Positions 32,595-42,374 of a stretch of 64,000 bases of DNA are shown piece after piece. The stretch is from Syntrophales bacterium (GTDB lineage Bacteria > Desulfobacterota > Syntrophia > Syntrophales > Fen-1087): the NCBI GenBank assembly GCA_034678725.1, contig JAXDBM010000070.1, positions 5,836-69,835 on the forward strand, read 5' to 3'. Numbering within the stretch: the first letter of the stretch is position 1; every line of letters begins with the position of its first letter. The notes beneath the pieces are model-generated. The model saw only the letters and a program-made list of their open reading frames with translations. It was not told where the DNA came from and made no database searches. Both the position numbers and the translations under genes were made by a program.

Positions 32595-33008
32595 TCAACC
32601 TTTTAAGAAGTGTTTGGCCAGAAGACTCAAACCCTGCTGAAGGACGTTGTTCTCCGGAACCGATCCCTCGGGAGTCAGTTTGTCAATCAGTTGGGGCAGT
32701 ACGGATGCCAATCCATCCGCCGCCTGTGTCTGGGAAATGCCCAGGCTTGAAGCGATCTCACTGATTTTATCCATGCCCAGGGTGCTGGCCATCTGGTCAC
32801 CTGAAACGGGCTGGTTTACTCCTTTGCCCACCCAGGAAGCGACGATATCCCCCAGGCCGTTGCTGTTGAATTTCTCGATCAGTCCCGACAGGCCTCCGAC
32901 TTCCGGATGGTTGACCAGATTCAGAACATGTTCCATCAGTCCTTTATTTTCCGTGCCGCCGGAAAGGGTTTCCCCAACCATCGAAACGACTTTATCGAAC
33001 AGTCCCAT
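32595..33008 (-). CDS. YidB/DUF937-family protein
   Basis: GGLSGL...F...GLG..V.SWVG.G.N, LPQLIDKLTP.G; start after AAGGAGG RBS. Confidence 0.88.
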   Translation of the reverse strand: MGLFDKVVSMVGETLSGGTENKGLMEHVLNLVNHPEVGGLSGLIEKFNSNGLGDIVASWVGKGVNQPVSGDQMASTLGMDKISEIASSLGISQTQAADGLASVLPQLIDKLTPEGSVPENNVLQQGLSLLAKHFLKG

Positions 33009-33050
33009 GACGCCCTCCTTGGCTTCATCCCACTGAAACGCCACACCAAA

Positions 33051-33087
33051 CGACCGGCTGCCCCATGGATCCGGGGTCAGCCGGTCG
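33051..33087 (-). terminator. Strong hairpin, probable terminator or stabiliser after the small exported protein gene
   Basis: CGACCGGCTG/CAGCCGGTCG 10-bp arms plus CCCC/GGGG inner stem; only a short T-run follows on the minus strand. Confidence 0.5.
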
Positions 33088-33117
33088 GCAAGGAAATTCT
33101 TCCCGCTGATCCTGCCA

Positions 33118-33414
33118 CTACTTCTTCTTTGGTTCGGCTTTCTTCGGTTCGGCCTTCTTGGCGTCCTTCACCTCGACCGTTGCCGCCTTCATCGTGTATT
33201 CGATCGTCACCTTGGAGCCGACCTTCAGATCGCCGGTCACTTTCGTGGCGGCGTCACGCCCGATTTCCCATTTGTCTTTGCCCTTCTGAACGACGATCGT
33301 GTCCGCGTTCACTTCCAGAACCGGACCGGTCACCTGGTAGGTTTTCGGTCCCGCCGCAAAGGCAACGGCGGCAATGAAGAAAAAAGCGCAAGTCAGAATC
33401 AGAATCCTTTTCAT
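33118..33414 (-). CDS. Small exported beta-rich protein (OB-fold-like), function unknown
   Basis: Sec signal peptide ending AFA, YQVTGPVLEV...L.VG.KVTIEY, C-terminal KKAEP repeats; GGAGG RBS. Confidence 0.8.
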   Translation of the reverse strand: MKRILILTCAFFFIAAVAFAAGPKTYQVTGPVLEVNADTIVVQKGKDKWEIGRDAATKVTGDLKVGSKVTIEYTMKAATVEVKDAKKAEPKKAEPKKK

Positions 33415-33485
33415 AGCATACCTCCTTGATCGTTCAATGGAATTTCCCTATCGGTTCCGCTGCCGGAACGCCATTCCGGCAACAC

Positions 33486-34115
33486 TTACCTGACCACGAT
33501 ATACTCTTTGATTGCGTCGAATGTTTTTCCCTTGATGCCGCTGATCTTCATCACATCTTCCACACTCTTGTATGGCCTGCCGGCGATGATCGCCTTTGCC
33601 TTGACAGGGCCGATCTCGGGGAGTTTCTCCAGTGTGGCCTGATCCGCCGTGTTGATATTGATCCTGGTGCCGGGGGCCAGTTTGGCCGCCGGGGCAGCGG
33701 GTTTGGCGGCCGCCTTGGCTTCCCTGGCGGGCTTGGTCACCTCCGTTTTTGCCGCAGCCGCGGGAACGGCCGATTTGGCCGGCGCCGCCTGCGCCTTGCC
33801 GATCGTCACAAACGGCTTGATTCCTTCAATGGCCTTGGCATTCAATCCGGCTTTGGAAAGCTCATCCACGGACTTGTAGGGACGGCCGGCGATGATCTTC
33901 TTGGCCGTTGCCGGACCGACCCCCTTGATGGCCTCCAGCTCTTTTTCGGAGGCGTTGTTGAGGTCAACCAGCGCCGCGGCTGCCTTCTGCGGCTCCGCCT
34001 TGGCGGCGACGGCAGCCGGCGCTCCGACCGAGGCGATGAACGCCGCGCCGATCAAAAAGACTGTGCACATAAAAAAGAATTGCTTAGCTGAAAAAACCCC
34101 TTTTCCTTTCAACAT
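33486..34115 (-). CDS. ComEA-like protein with two helix-hairpin-helix domains
   Basis: VDLNNAS...L..IKGVG...AKKII..RPY.SV and ININTA....L..LP.IG...AKAII..RPY.SV separated by an Ala/Lys/Pro linker; N-terminal hydrophobic segment. Confidence 0.88.
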   Translation of the reverse strand: MLKGKGVFSAKQFFFMCTVFLIGAAFIASVGAPAAVAAKAEPQKAAAALVDLNNASEKELEAIKGVGPATAKKIIAGRPYKSVDELSKAGLNAKAIEGIKPFVTIGKAQAAPAKSAVPAAAAKTEVTKPAREAKAAAKPAAPAAKLAPGTRININTADQATLEKLPEIGPVKAKAIIAGRPYKSVEDVMKISGIKGKTFDAIKEYIVVR

Positions 34116-34235
34116 GACATCCCTCCTTTTCCGTTTTTCTCTCGTCCATTGAGCTTTCTGAACCCGGCTCTTGGAATTTTGGATTTATTACCAGAGTCAA
34201 AAAGGCTTGTCAAAGGTATTTCTGTTTGACTTTTC

Positions 34236-34264
34236 TTGACATTTGACCGCGCTTTGCCTAAATT
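34236..34264 (+). promoter_or_regulatory. Putative sigma70 promoter for the FmdB-like gene
   Basis: TTGACA-N17-TAAATT; a back-to-back minus-strand TTGACA (34208-34213)-N17-TAATAA faces the HhH gene. Confidence 0.6.
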
Positions 34265-34295
34265 GTTGCACAAGAAAAAAGATGGAGAAAGCCCG

Positions 34296-34487
34296 ATGCC
34301 GATCTATGAATTCCAGTGCAAGAAATGCCGAAATGAATTTGAGGTCCTGTTCAGGTCCAGCGACGAAAAGCTGAAGCCGGCCTGTCCCGTCTGCAAATCC
34401 AAAAATACCCGGAAAATGATGTCCGCCTTTGCGGGAGGGAAATCGGGCTGCACGTCCTGCGCGGCCACGTCCTGCAGCACAACCTGA
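34296..34487 (+). CDS. FmdB-family zinc-ribbon protein
   Basis: MPIYEFQCKKC...FE...CPVC.S....K..S.F, Cys-rich tail. Confidence 0.9.
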   Translation: MPIYEFQCKKCRNEFEVLFRSSDEKLKPACPVCKSKNTRKMMSAFAGGKSGCTSCAATSCSTT

Positions 34488-34573
34488 GGACACTGATCGG
34501 CGCGGCGGTCCGCCGCGTCCCGGACATCCTGACTCCATGGTCTGCCCCGGATCACGGGCGAGATATTTTGTCG

Positions 34574-34602
34574 TTGCGTTAAAGGAAACAATCCATTATA
34601 AG
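34574..34602 (+). promoter_or_regulatory. Putative sigma70 promoter for adk
   Basis: TTGCGT-N17-TATAAG. Confidence 0.5.
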
Positions 34603-34644
34603 GGGCCGACTTTATCATGGATCTCTCGAAAGGAGCTGGACAGC

Positions 34645-35319
34645 ATGAACATCCTCATTTTTGGACCCAATGGAAGCGGCAAGGGAACCCAGGGAGCGGT
34701 CGTACAGAAGAAATTCGGCGTGACCCACATTGAAACGGGCGTGATCTTCCGTGAAAACATCAAGAAAGGGACGGAACTGGGCAAAAAGGCCAAGGGCTAC
34801 ATCGACCGGGGGGAACTCGTTCCCGATGAGATCACCGTCCCGATGATCCTGAACCGACTGAAGGAAGATGACTGCAAGAAAGGCTGGCTTCTGGATGGTT
34901 TCCCGAGAAATCTGGCTCAGGCCGAGGCGCTCTGGAATGCCCTCGTGAAGGAAAATATCAAGCTGGACTATGTGATCGAGATCATCCTGGACCGGCAGAC
35001 CTCCAAGAACCGGATTATGGGCAGGCGACTGTGCGCCCAGGACAACAATCACCCGAACAACATCTTCATCGATGCCATCAAACCGTCCGTGAAGGATGGA
35101 AAGATGGTGTGCCGCGTCTGCGGCTGCGAAACGCTGACCACCCGCGCCGACGACCAGGACGAAGCGGCGATCGGCAAGCGTCATGACATTTACTACGACA
35201 CCAAAACCGGAACGCTGGCCGGTGTGAACTATTTCAAGGAAAGGGTCAAAGTGATCGGCGTCGACGGCCTGCCCGGCGTCAAGGAAGTGTCTGAAGACCT
35301 TCAGAAAAAGCTTGCATAG
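34645..35319 (+). CDS. adk: Adenylate kinase (metal-binding LID type)
   Basis: GPNGSGKGTQ, GELVPD, LLDGFPR, LID C-x5-H...C-x2-C, RADD. Confidence 0.97.
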   Translation: MNILIFGPNGSGKGTQGAVVQKKFGVTHIETGVIFRENIKKGTELGKKAKGYIDRGELVPDEITVPMILNRLKEDDCKKGWLLDGFPRNLAQAEALWNALVKENIKLDYVIEIILDRQTSKNRIMGRRLCAQDNNHPNNIFIDAIKPSVKDGKMVCRVCGCETLTTRADDQDEAAIGKRHDIYYDTKTGTLAGVNYFKERVKVIGVDGLPGVKEVSEDLQKKLA

Positions 35320-35345
35320 GCCGAACGCGACGCAAGAAAAATATG

Positions 35346-35378
35346 AAAAAGCCCTCCGAACCACGGGAGGGCTTTTTT
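35346..35378 (+). terminator. Rho-independent terminator after adk
   Basis: AAAAAGCCCTCC-loop-GGAGGGCTTTTTT. Confidence 0.8.
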
Positions 35379-35388
35379 AGGTTCATTG

Positions 35389-37185
35389 ATGGAACACATT
35401 CGCAATTTCAGCATCATCGCCCATATCGACCACGGCAAGTCAACACTCGCGGACCGTTTGATCCAGCACACCGGCGTGGTAAACGACCGGAACTTCAAGG
35501 ACCAGATCCTAGACAACATGGAAATCGAAAGAGAGCGGGGGATTACCATCAAAAGCCAGGCGATCTGCCTGCCCTACAAAGCCCGGGACGGAAAGACCTA
35601 TGCCCTCAACCTGATCGACACCCCCGGGCACGTGGATTTTTCCTACGAGGTCTCCCGGTCGCTCGCCTCCTGCGAGGGCGTCCTGCTCCTCATCGACGCC
35701 GCCCAGGGAGTCCAGGCCCAGACGCTGGCCAATCTCTACCTGGCCATGGAACACGACCTGGAAATCATCCCGGTCATCAACAAGATCGACCTGCCTTCCG
35801 CCGACGTGGAGCGCGTGATCGGGCAGATCGAAACGGAACTCGGACTGGACGCGGACAGCCATCTGCAGTGTTCCGCAAAAGAGGGCACGGGGATCGAGGA
35901 AATCCTGGAAACCGTTGTCCGCAGAATCCCGCCGCCGGCAGGCGATCCGGCCGCGCCGCTTGCGGCGTTGATTTTCGACGCGCACTACGATCCCTTTCGG
36001 GGAACGGTGATCTATTGCCGCATCTTTGCCGGACAGTTAAAAGCGGGGGACATCATCCGCCTGATGTTCAACAATGCCCTCTACCGGGTCGAGGAGGTCG
36101 GCCATTTTCTCCTGAACCGTGAGAAGCGGCAGAATCTGAGCGCCGGTGAAGTCGGCTACATCATTGCCGGCGTCAAAACGGTGTCCGACGTCCGCACCGG
36201 GGATACGATCACCCTGGAAAACCGCCCCTGCGAAAAACCGCTGCCCGGCTTCAAGGAGGTCAAGCCGGTCGTTTATGCTTCGATCTATCCTATTGCCTCC
36301 GACGACTACGAAGACCTGGCGGATTCCCTGGAAAAATTCAAGCTGAACGACGCCTCCTTCATTTACCAGAAGGACTCTTCCGTGGCCCTGGGACAGGGGT
36401 TCCGATGCGGCTTTCTGGGTCTGCTGCACCTTGACATCGTCCAGGAGCGGCTGGAGCGGGAATACGATCTGTCCATCATTCTGTCCGTCCCCAGTGTCCG
36501 CTTTCGGTTCACCCTGAAGGACGGAGCCGTCCTGGAGGTCGACAACCCCGCCCATTATCCGGACCCGATCGCGATCGCGAAGTCCGAGGAGCCCTATATC
36601 CGCGCCGTCATGATGATGCCGGACCGGTATCTCGGCGCCGTCATGAAGCTGTGTATGGAGAAGCGCGGCGCCAATTCCACACTGACCTACACCGGGCCGG
36701 GGCGGGCCGAACTGATCTTCGAGATGCCGCTGGCCGAAGTCATCTACGATTTCTATGACCGCTTCAAGTCCGTGACCCAGGGTTACGGCTCCTTCGACTA
36801 TGACGTCATCGACTACCGGGAAAGCCAGCTTGTCCTGCTGGACATTCTCGTCAACGGCGAAAAGGTCGATGCCCTCTCCCAGATCGTCCACCGGGAACGG
36901 GCGCGCGCAAGAGGCCTCCAGGCCTGCGAACGGCTGAAAGAGGAGATTCCGCGCCAGATGTTCAAGATCGCCATCCAGGGCGTCATCGGGGGGGAAATCA
37001 TCTCGAGGACAACCATCTCCCCTTTCCGGAAGGACGTAACGGCAAAGTGCTACGGGGGCGACATCACTCGGAAAAGAAAACTTCTGGAGAAGCAGAAGAA
37101 AGGCAAGAAACGGATGAAGATGATCGGTTCGGTAAGCATCCCCCAGAGCGCCTTTCTCGCCGTTCTCAAGTCTGATGCGAGCTAG
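35389..37185 (+). CDS. lepA: Translation elongation factor 4
   Basis: IRNFSIIAHIDHGKSTLADR, ERERGITIK, DTPGHVDF, GFRCGFLGLLH, KCYGGDITRKRKLLEKQK. Confidence 0.98.
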   Translation: MEHIRNFSIIAHIDHGKSTLADRLIQHTGVVNDRNFKDQILDNMEIERERGITIKSQAICLPYKARDGKTYALNLIDTPGHVDFSYEVSRSLASCEGVLLLIDAAQGVQAQTLANLYLAMEHDLEIIPVINKIDLPSADVERVIGQIETELGLDADSHLQCSAKEGTGIEEILETVVRRIPPPAGDPAAPLAALIFDAHYDPFRGTVIYCRIFAGQLKAGDIIRLMFNNALYRVEEVGHFLLNREKRQNLSAGEVGYIIAGVKTVSDVRTGDTITLENRPCEKPLPGFKEVKPVVYASIYPIASDDYEDLADSLEKFKLNDASFIYQKDSSVALGQGFRCGFLGLLHLDIVQERLEREYDLSIILSVPSVRFRFTLKDGAVLEVDNPAHYPDPIAIAKSEEPYIRAVMMMPDRYLGAVMKLCMEKRGANSTLTYTGPGRAELIFEMPLAEVIYDFYDRFKSVTQGYGSFDYDVIDYRESQLVLLDILVNGEKVDALSQIVHRERARARGLQACERLKEEIPRQMFKIAIQGVIGGEIISRTTISPFRKDVTAKCYGGDITRKRKLLEKQKKGKKRMKMIGSVSIPQSAFLAVLKSDAS

Positions 37186-38311
37186 CGGCATGTCGCCGGC
37201 CGGCCTCTACGTCCACATCCCATTCTGCCGTCAGAAATGCGCTTACTGCAATTTTTACTCGATCGTCCTTGAAAAGGATCCTTCGCCGTTCATTCATGCG
37301 TTACTCAAGGAATTATCTTTTTATGCCGATGAATTCGAATGCTTTGACACCATATACATCGGCGGCGGAACGCCTTCCATCCTGCCCGTTCAGAGCATCG
37401 CAGACATCCTGACAGCCGTCGGCAGGAATTATACGATTCTGCCGGAACCGGAAATCACCGTCGAGGTGAATCCGGGGGATGCCGAATCCGCTTATCTCGA
37501 ATCTCTCCGCCTTTCCGGGGTCAACCGCATCAACATCGGCATTCAGTCCTTTGACGACCGGCTGCTCCGCTTTCTGGGCCGCCGTCACGATCACCGGCAG
37601 GCAGGGGCCGCGATCGAGAACGCCATCGCGGCCGGATTCGACAACATCGGCCTCGATCTGATCTACGGCATTCCGGGCCAGACATTCGGCCTGTGGCAGG
37701 AGACCCTGTCCCTGGCGCTCTCCTTCAGGCCGCACCATCTCTCCTGCTATCAACTGACGCTGGAAGCGGACACGTCGCTGGGACAGCAATTCGCTGACAA
37801 CCTCTTTGATCTTCCAGGTGACGCCGCACAGGCGGAATTCTTTTTCACAACAGCGGATTTTCTTGAAAATTCGGGTTACATCCACTACGAGGTGTCCAAT
37901 TTCGCCAGAAGCGCCTCCCTGTTTTCAAGGCACAACCAGAAATACTGGCAGCACCAGCCCTATCTCGGCCTCGGTCCGTCCGCCCATTCCTTCTGCCGAG
38001 GGAAGCGGTGGTGGAACCATCGCTCCGTGGAAAAGTATGTCGACGCGCTCCTGAACGGCGAAACGCCCGTCGAAGACGCTGAAATTCTCACGGCGGACCA
38101 GTTGCGGACGGAAGCCCTCTTTCTTGGTTTTCGGACCCGCTGGGGCATTGACCTGTGTGATTTCGAGGAAAAGTGCCATTTTAATCTTCTCGATGAAAAA
38201 AGAGACGCCCTGCAGCGGCTTGCTGCCGCCGGGCTGATTGAAATCAGCGGCGGCAGGATCAGGCCGACCCGAACCGGGCTGGCCGTTGCCGATCAACTGG
38301 CGCTGCTGTAG
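37175..38311 (+). CDS. hemW: Radical SAM heme chaperone HemW (HemN-like)
   Basis: LYVHIPFC...C.YC, YIGGGTPS, DLIYG.PGQT, HYEVSNFA, HNQKYW; follows lepA. Confidence 0.92.
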   Translation: MRASGMSPAGLYVHIPFCRQKCAYCNFYSIVLEKDPSPFIHALLKELSFYADEFECFDTIYIGGGTPSILPVQSIADILTAVGRNYTILPEPEITVEVNPGDAESAYLESLRLSGVNRINIGIQSFDDRLLRFLGRRHDHRQAGAAIENAIAAGFDNIGLDLIYGIPGQTFGLWQETLSLALSFRPHHLSCYQLTLEADTSLGQQFADNLFDLPGDAAQAEFFFTTADFLENSGYIHYEVSNFARSASLFSRHNQKYWQHQPYLGLGPSAHSFCRGKRWWNHRSVEKYVDALLNGETPVEDAEILTADQLRTEALFLGFRTRWGIDLCDFEEKCHFNLLDEKRDALQRLAAAGLIEISGGRIRPTRTGLAVADQLALL

Positions 38312-38336
38312 GGAAATTCCTGAAACGAGTTGTCTG

Positions 38337-39203
38337 ATGATGAAAAGAATGAACAAGCGGTTTGCAATCATCCTTGCCTGTGCGGTTCTCCTGCCTCTCG
38401 CCGCCGCGCCGGACATTCAGGCGAAGACGCGGCGGCAGCGCCAGCCGGAATACCAGTCGGCGATCGTGATGAACGCCGCCACCGGCGAAATTCTCTTTCA
38501 AAAGGATGCCGACCGGCCGCTGCAGCCCGCGTCGGTTACGAAAATCCTCTCCCTCTATCTGATTTACGAGGCCATCGGCGAAGGAAAGGCGCAGTTCCAG
38601 GACCCTGTCAAAGTGAGTAGAAATGCGTGGCGGACAGGGGGATCGAGGATGTTTATCGACCCGGGCAGCGAGGTCCGGCTGGACGAGTTGATCCGGGGAA
38701 TGTCCGTTGTTTCGGCAAACGACGCATCCGTGGCCCTGGCGGAGCACGTGGGAGGCAGCGAAGACGCCTTTGTCAAGAAAATGAACTTGAAGGCCCGCCA
38801 GTTGGGGATGAACCGCAGCACCTTCAAAAACCCCCACGGCCTTCCCGCCAAGGGGCAGCGGACCACCGTCCGCGACATGGCAAGGCTTTCACGCGAATAT
38901 ATTCGGCGCTTTCCGCAATCCCTTCAAATCCACGCGATGCAGTCATACACGTACCACAACATCACGCAGTACAATCACAACCTCCTTTTGAGGCGCTATC
39001 CGAATACGGACGGACTGAAGACCGGCTACGTCCACGCAGCCGGCTATCACATCATCGCCACGGCCAGACAGGGGGAAACCCGGCTGATTGCCCTGGTCAT
39101 GGGCGCCCGCACCCCCGGCATCCGCTTTCGGGAAACGGTAAAACTGCTCGACCAGGGATTCGCCCGGGTCAGCCGGCATGCGTCCGCGGTGCCCCATCCC
39201 TGA
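38337..39203 (+). CDS. D-alanyl-D-alanine carboxypeptidase (peptidase S11)
   Basis: Signal peptide; PASVTK (SxxK), SAND (SxN), NPHGL, DGLKTGY (KTG). Confidence 0.93.
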   Translation: MMKRMNKRFAIILACAVLLPLAAAPDIQAKTRRQRQPEYQSAIVMNAATGEILFQKDADRPLQPASVTKILSLYLIYEAIGEGKAQFQDPVKVSRNAWRTGGSRMFIDPGSEVRLDELIRGMSVVSANDASVALAEHVGGSEDAFVKKMNLKARQLGMNRSTFKNPHGLPAKGQRTTVRDMARLSREYIRRFPQSLQIHAMQSYTYHNITQYNHNLLLRRYPNTDGLKTGYVHAAGYHIIATARQGETRLIALVMGARTPGIRFRETVKLLDQGFARVSRHASAVPHP

Positions 39204-39864
39204 ATCCCGGACGGATGCGCCGCTCCAGATCGTTCTGAATGTCGCCGAAATGATTGTAATGAATGCAGGGGGTTCCGTTGCCGGTGCATTTCTCGAACAG
39301 AATGCTTTTGGCAAAAACGAGGTCCGCGTACTTTGCGGGACACACATCGGAATAGCTGTCCCCGATATAGATAATCCGGTCATACAGCGGCCGGTAGCGC
39401 GCAACGATCCGGCTTTTGCAATTCCCGCATTTCCCGCAGTCGGGGTTGGGCTGAGGAAATTCGATGGAAAGCCGCCCGTTGGCGTGAAAGGTTACGGAGT
39501 TGGCAAAATACTCGACCTCCGACAGGCCGCTTTTCCGCAGGATCGCCTCGATGTAAAAATCCAGTCCGTCGGAAAGGATCTTGAGATCCATGCCGACCTG
39601 CGTGCAGTAGTCGTGGAAGTCTTTAAAGAAGGGGTCCAGGGATGCCTTTTCGAAGACATAGGCCAACATCCCGTCCCGGTCCCCCCGGAACAGGGGGGCG
39701 ATTCTGGCATAGGCGACCCGGGATCCGATTCTGCCCTCGCAATAATCCCGATCAATCTCCTCCCACCCGTTTCCGGTAAAGCGGTCCAGCAGCTCGTTGC
39801 CCACATCGACCACGCTGGCCGTGCCGTCGAAGTCGCACAGCACCAGGATTCTCTCCGCCGTCAC
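39169..39864 (-). CDS. HAD-superfamily phosphatase, MtnX-like
   Basis: LCDFDGT (DxD), SDGLD.YI, CGNCK, IGDSYSD, ADLVFAK; GTGA overlap with the upstream gene. Confidence 0.88.
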   Translation of the reverse strand: MTAERILVLCDFDGTASVVDVGNELLDRFTGNGWEEIDRDYCEGRIGSRVAYARIAPLFRGDRDGMLAYVFEKASLDPFFKDFHDYCTQVGMDLKILSDGLDFYIEAILRKSGLSEVEYFANSVTFHANGRLSIEFPQPNPDCGKCGNCKSRIVARYRPLYDRIIYIGDSYSDVCPAKYADLVFAKSILFEKCTGNGTPCIHYNHFGDIQNDLERRIRPGFRDGAPRTHAG

Positions 39865-40184
39865 CGGGACTTTCCCTTGAAATACTTGCGGAGGACGCCC
39901 AAACCGATCACGATGAGCGCAACCGGCAACAGATAGGCGGAGATGAGTCGGGCATCCAGTCCCCAGTTGTAATTCACAAGCAAAACCACGCCGGCGGCAA
40001 CGAGGACCCAGCCGCCCAAATCCCGAATGCGCTGGGCCAGGGCACCGATTCCGATCACTATCAGCAGGACGGGCCAGCTCTTGTTGAAACCGAAGGCTGT
40101 GGTCTTGTTCAGGATGATCAGAATGCCGACGGTGATGAGGATCAGTCCCCCCGTTAAAATGTGCTGTTTTTCCCTTCGCTCCAC
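39861..40184 (-). CDS. Small four-helix membrane protein (LiaF/DUF5668-like)
   Basis: GLILITVGILIIL, WPVLLIVIGI, repeated P..LIVIG pattern. Confidence 0.75.
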   Translation of the reverse strand: MERREKQHILTGGLILITVGILIILNKTTAFGFNKSWPVLLIVIGIGALAQRIRDLGGWVLVAAGVVLLVNYNWGLDARLISAYLLPVALIVIGLGVLRKYFKGKSR

Positions 40185-40291
40185 CTCGGCCCCCGCTCCT
40201 TTCCATGAACCGGTTTTGTCGGCCGTTCCTTCCGCACCTTGCGCCCGCCGAAGGGCAACGGCCTTCCGCGGGCGATTTTATTTTTCGCTTC

Positions 40292-41038
40292 TCATTTTTC
40301 AGCCAGCTTCAAAAACGGCTTGAACAGATCGATCGGAATGGGGAAGATCGTCGTCGAGTTGTTTTCCGATGAAATCTGGTTCAAGGTCTGCAGGTAGCGG
40401 AGCTGCAGCGACATGGGCTGCGTCTGCATCAGGGCGGCCGCTTCAATCAGCTTCTGGGCCGCCTGGAATTCGCCTTCCGCATTGATGACTTTTGCACGAC
40501 GCTCCCGTTCCGCTTCCGCCTGCTTCGCGATGGCGCGCTTCATTTCCTCCGGCAGGTCGATCTGTTTCACTTCCACCAGAGAAACCTTGATGCCCCACGA
40601 GTCGGTGCTGCGGTCGAGAATCTCCTGCAGGTGCAGGTTGATCTTCTCCCGCTGGGAGAGGATCTCGTCCAGTTCCACCTGACCGCAGACGCTTCTCAGC
40701 GTCGTCTGGGCGAGCTGCGATGTCGCATACAGATAATTCTCCACGTCGATCACGGCGGAATTCGCGTCCATGACGCGGAAATACACGACGGCGTTGACCT
40801 TGATCGAGACGTTGTCCCGTGTGATCACGTCCTGCGGCGGGACGTCCAGGGTGATGGTCCGCATGTCCACTTTCACCATCTTGTCGATCACCGGGATCAG
40901 GATGATCAGCCCCGGCCCCTTCTGATCGATGACGCGCCCGAGACGGAAAATGACGGCCCGTTGATATTCGTTCAGGATCCGAATAGCGGCGGCCAGGAAC
41001 ATGACAACCAGAATGACGAGTACCGTAATCGTATACAT
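40292..41038 (-). CDS. SPFH/stomatin (slipin) family protein
   Basis: [51 protein letters not shown]. Confidence 0.95.
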   Translation of the reverse strand: MYTITVLVILVVMFLAAAIRILNEYQRAVIFRLGRVIDQKGPGLIILIPVIDKMVKVDMRTITLDVPPQDVITRDNVSIKVNAVVYFRVMDANSAVIDVENYLYATSQLAQTTLRSVCGQVELDEILSQREKINLHLQEILDRSTDSWGIKVSLVEVKQIDLPEEMKRAIAKQAEAERERRAKVINAEGEFQAAQKLIEAAALMQTQPMSLQLRYLQTLNQISSENNSTTIFPIPIDLFKPFLKLAEK

Positions 41039-41051
41039 GTTGAATCCTCCT

Positions 41052-42374
41052 TTATGATGATTCTTCGACCTTGATCCTCAGGGCTTCCACCGCGACCACT
41101 TGAATCCGCTTCCCCTTTTCCACGAATTTCTCGCTCCAGGCGTTCCAGTATTCCCCGTGCACAAAGACCTTCCCCTTTTCATGGATATCTGTAACCGCCT
41201 CGCCGACGGCGCCCATCATGCCCTCTCTGCCCGTGTGGCGCTTCCGCATCTGTGCCTTCACGACCAAGGCGATCACCCCGGTGAAAAACACGGAAACCAT
41301 CGCCAGAGCCGGGATCATGACCCGGAGGGATACCTGCAATGCCGGGTCCGGCGAATCGAAGAGCAGAAGGGATCCCAGGACCAGGGAAACGATGCCGCCG
41401 ACGGTCAAAATGCCGTGGCTCATGACCTTCACCTCCGCGATGAACAGGACAATCGCGAACAGGATCAGGAGCACGCCCGCATAATTGACCGGCAGGGTCT
41501 GCATGGCGAAAAAGGCAAGGATCAGCGAGATGCCCCCGACCACGCCGGGAAGGATGACGCCGGGGTGCGCAAACTCGAAGTAAAGTCCGGCCAGGCCCAG
41601 AAGGAAGAGGATATATGCAATATTGGGGTCGCTGAGCGCGGCCAGCACGCCCTGACGGATCCCCATTTTCTTTTCCCGGACCAGCGCTCCCTTTGCCTTC
41701 AGTACCTTCCTGCCCTTTTCCAGGGACACTTCGCGGCCGTCGATCTGCTCCAGCAGCCGATTCAGATCCGCCGCCACAAAGTCGATAACCTGAAGCCGTA
41801 GCGCTTCCTCGGCCGTTATGGACACGCTCTTCCGGACTGCCTTTTCAACCCACTCCTCGTTTCTGCCCCGCTTCTTCGCGATACCGACGACATAAGCCAC
41901 GGCATCGTTCTCCACTTTCTCCTTCATTGTCTTGTCCATGCCGCCGCCGATCCCGATGCCGACGGGATGGGCCGCCCCGATGTTCGTGCCCGGAGCCATG
42001 GCCGCAATATGGGCGGCAATCGTCACGATGACGCCCGCGGAAGCCGCCCTGGCGCCCGAAGGGGAAACATAAACAATGACCGGCAGGGGCGCGTTCAGGA
42101 TGCCCTTGGCGATGTCCCGCATGGCCAGGTCGAGGCCGCCCGGCGTGTCGAGGAGAATGATCAGACCTTCCGCGCCCTCCTTCGACGCCTCCTCGATGCG
42201 CTGGAGGACATACGTGGCGATCGGCGGCGAGATCGTCGCGGCAACCGTGATCGCGTGATAGACGGGCTTCCTGTCTTCGCCGGCGGAGAGGTTCGGGAAA
42301 AGGAACGGGAGGACCATTCCGAGGAGAACGAAGATCACCATGGCGAATCGCTTCCTGAACATGCCGGACCTCAC
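41052..42374 (-). CDS. NfeD-family membrane-bound serine protease (long form)
   Basis: [24 protein letters not shown] ClpP-like domain, TM bundle, C-terminal OB fold (G.V.V.GE.W.A); paired with stomatin. Confidence 0.93.
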   Translation of the reverse strand: MRSGMFRKRFAMVIFVLLGMVLPFLFPNLSAGEDRKPVYHAITVAATISPPIATYVLQRIEEASKEGAEGLIILLDTPGGLDLAMRDIAKGILNAPLPVIVYVSPSGARAASAGVIVTIAAHIAAMAPGTNIGAAHPVGIGIGGGMDKTMKEKVENDAVAYVVGIAKKRGRNEEWVEKAVRKSVSITAEEALRLQVIDFVAADLNRLLEQIDGREVSLEKGRKVLKAKGALVREKKMGIRQGVLAALSDPNIAYILFLLGLAGLYFEFAHPGVILPGVVGGISLILAFFAMQTLPVNYAGVLLILFAIVLFIAEVKVMSHGILTVGGIVSLVLGSLLLFDSPDPALQVSLRVMIPALAMVSVFFTGVIALVVKAQMRKRHTGREGMMGAVGEAVTDIHEKGKVFVHGEYWNAWSEKFVEKGKRIQVVAVEALRIKVEESS

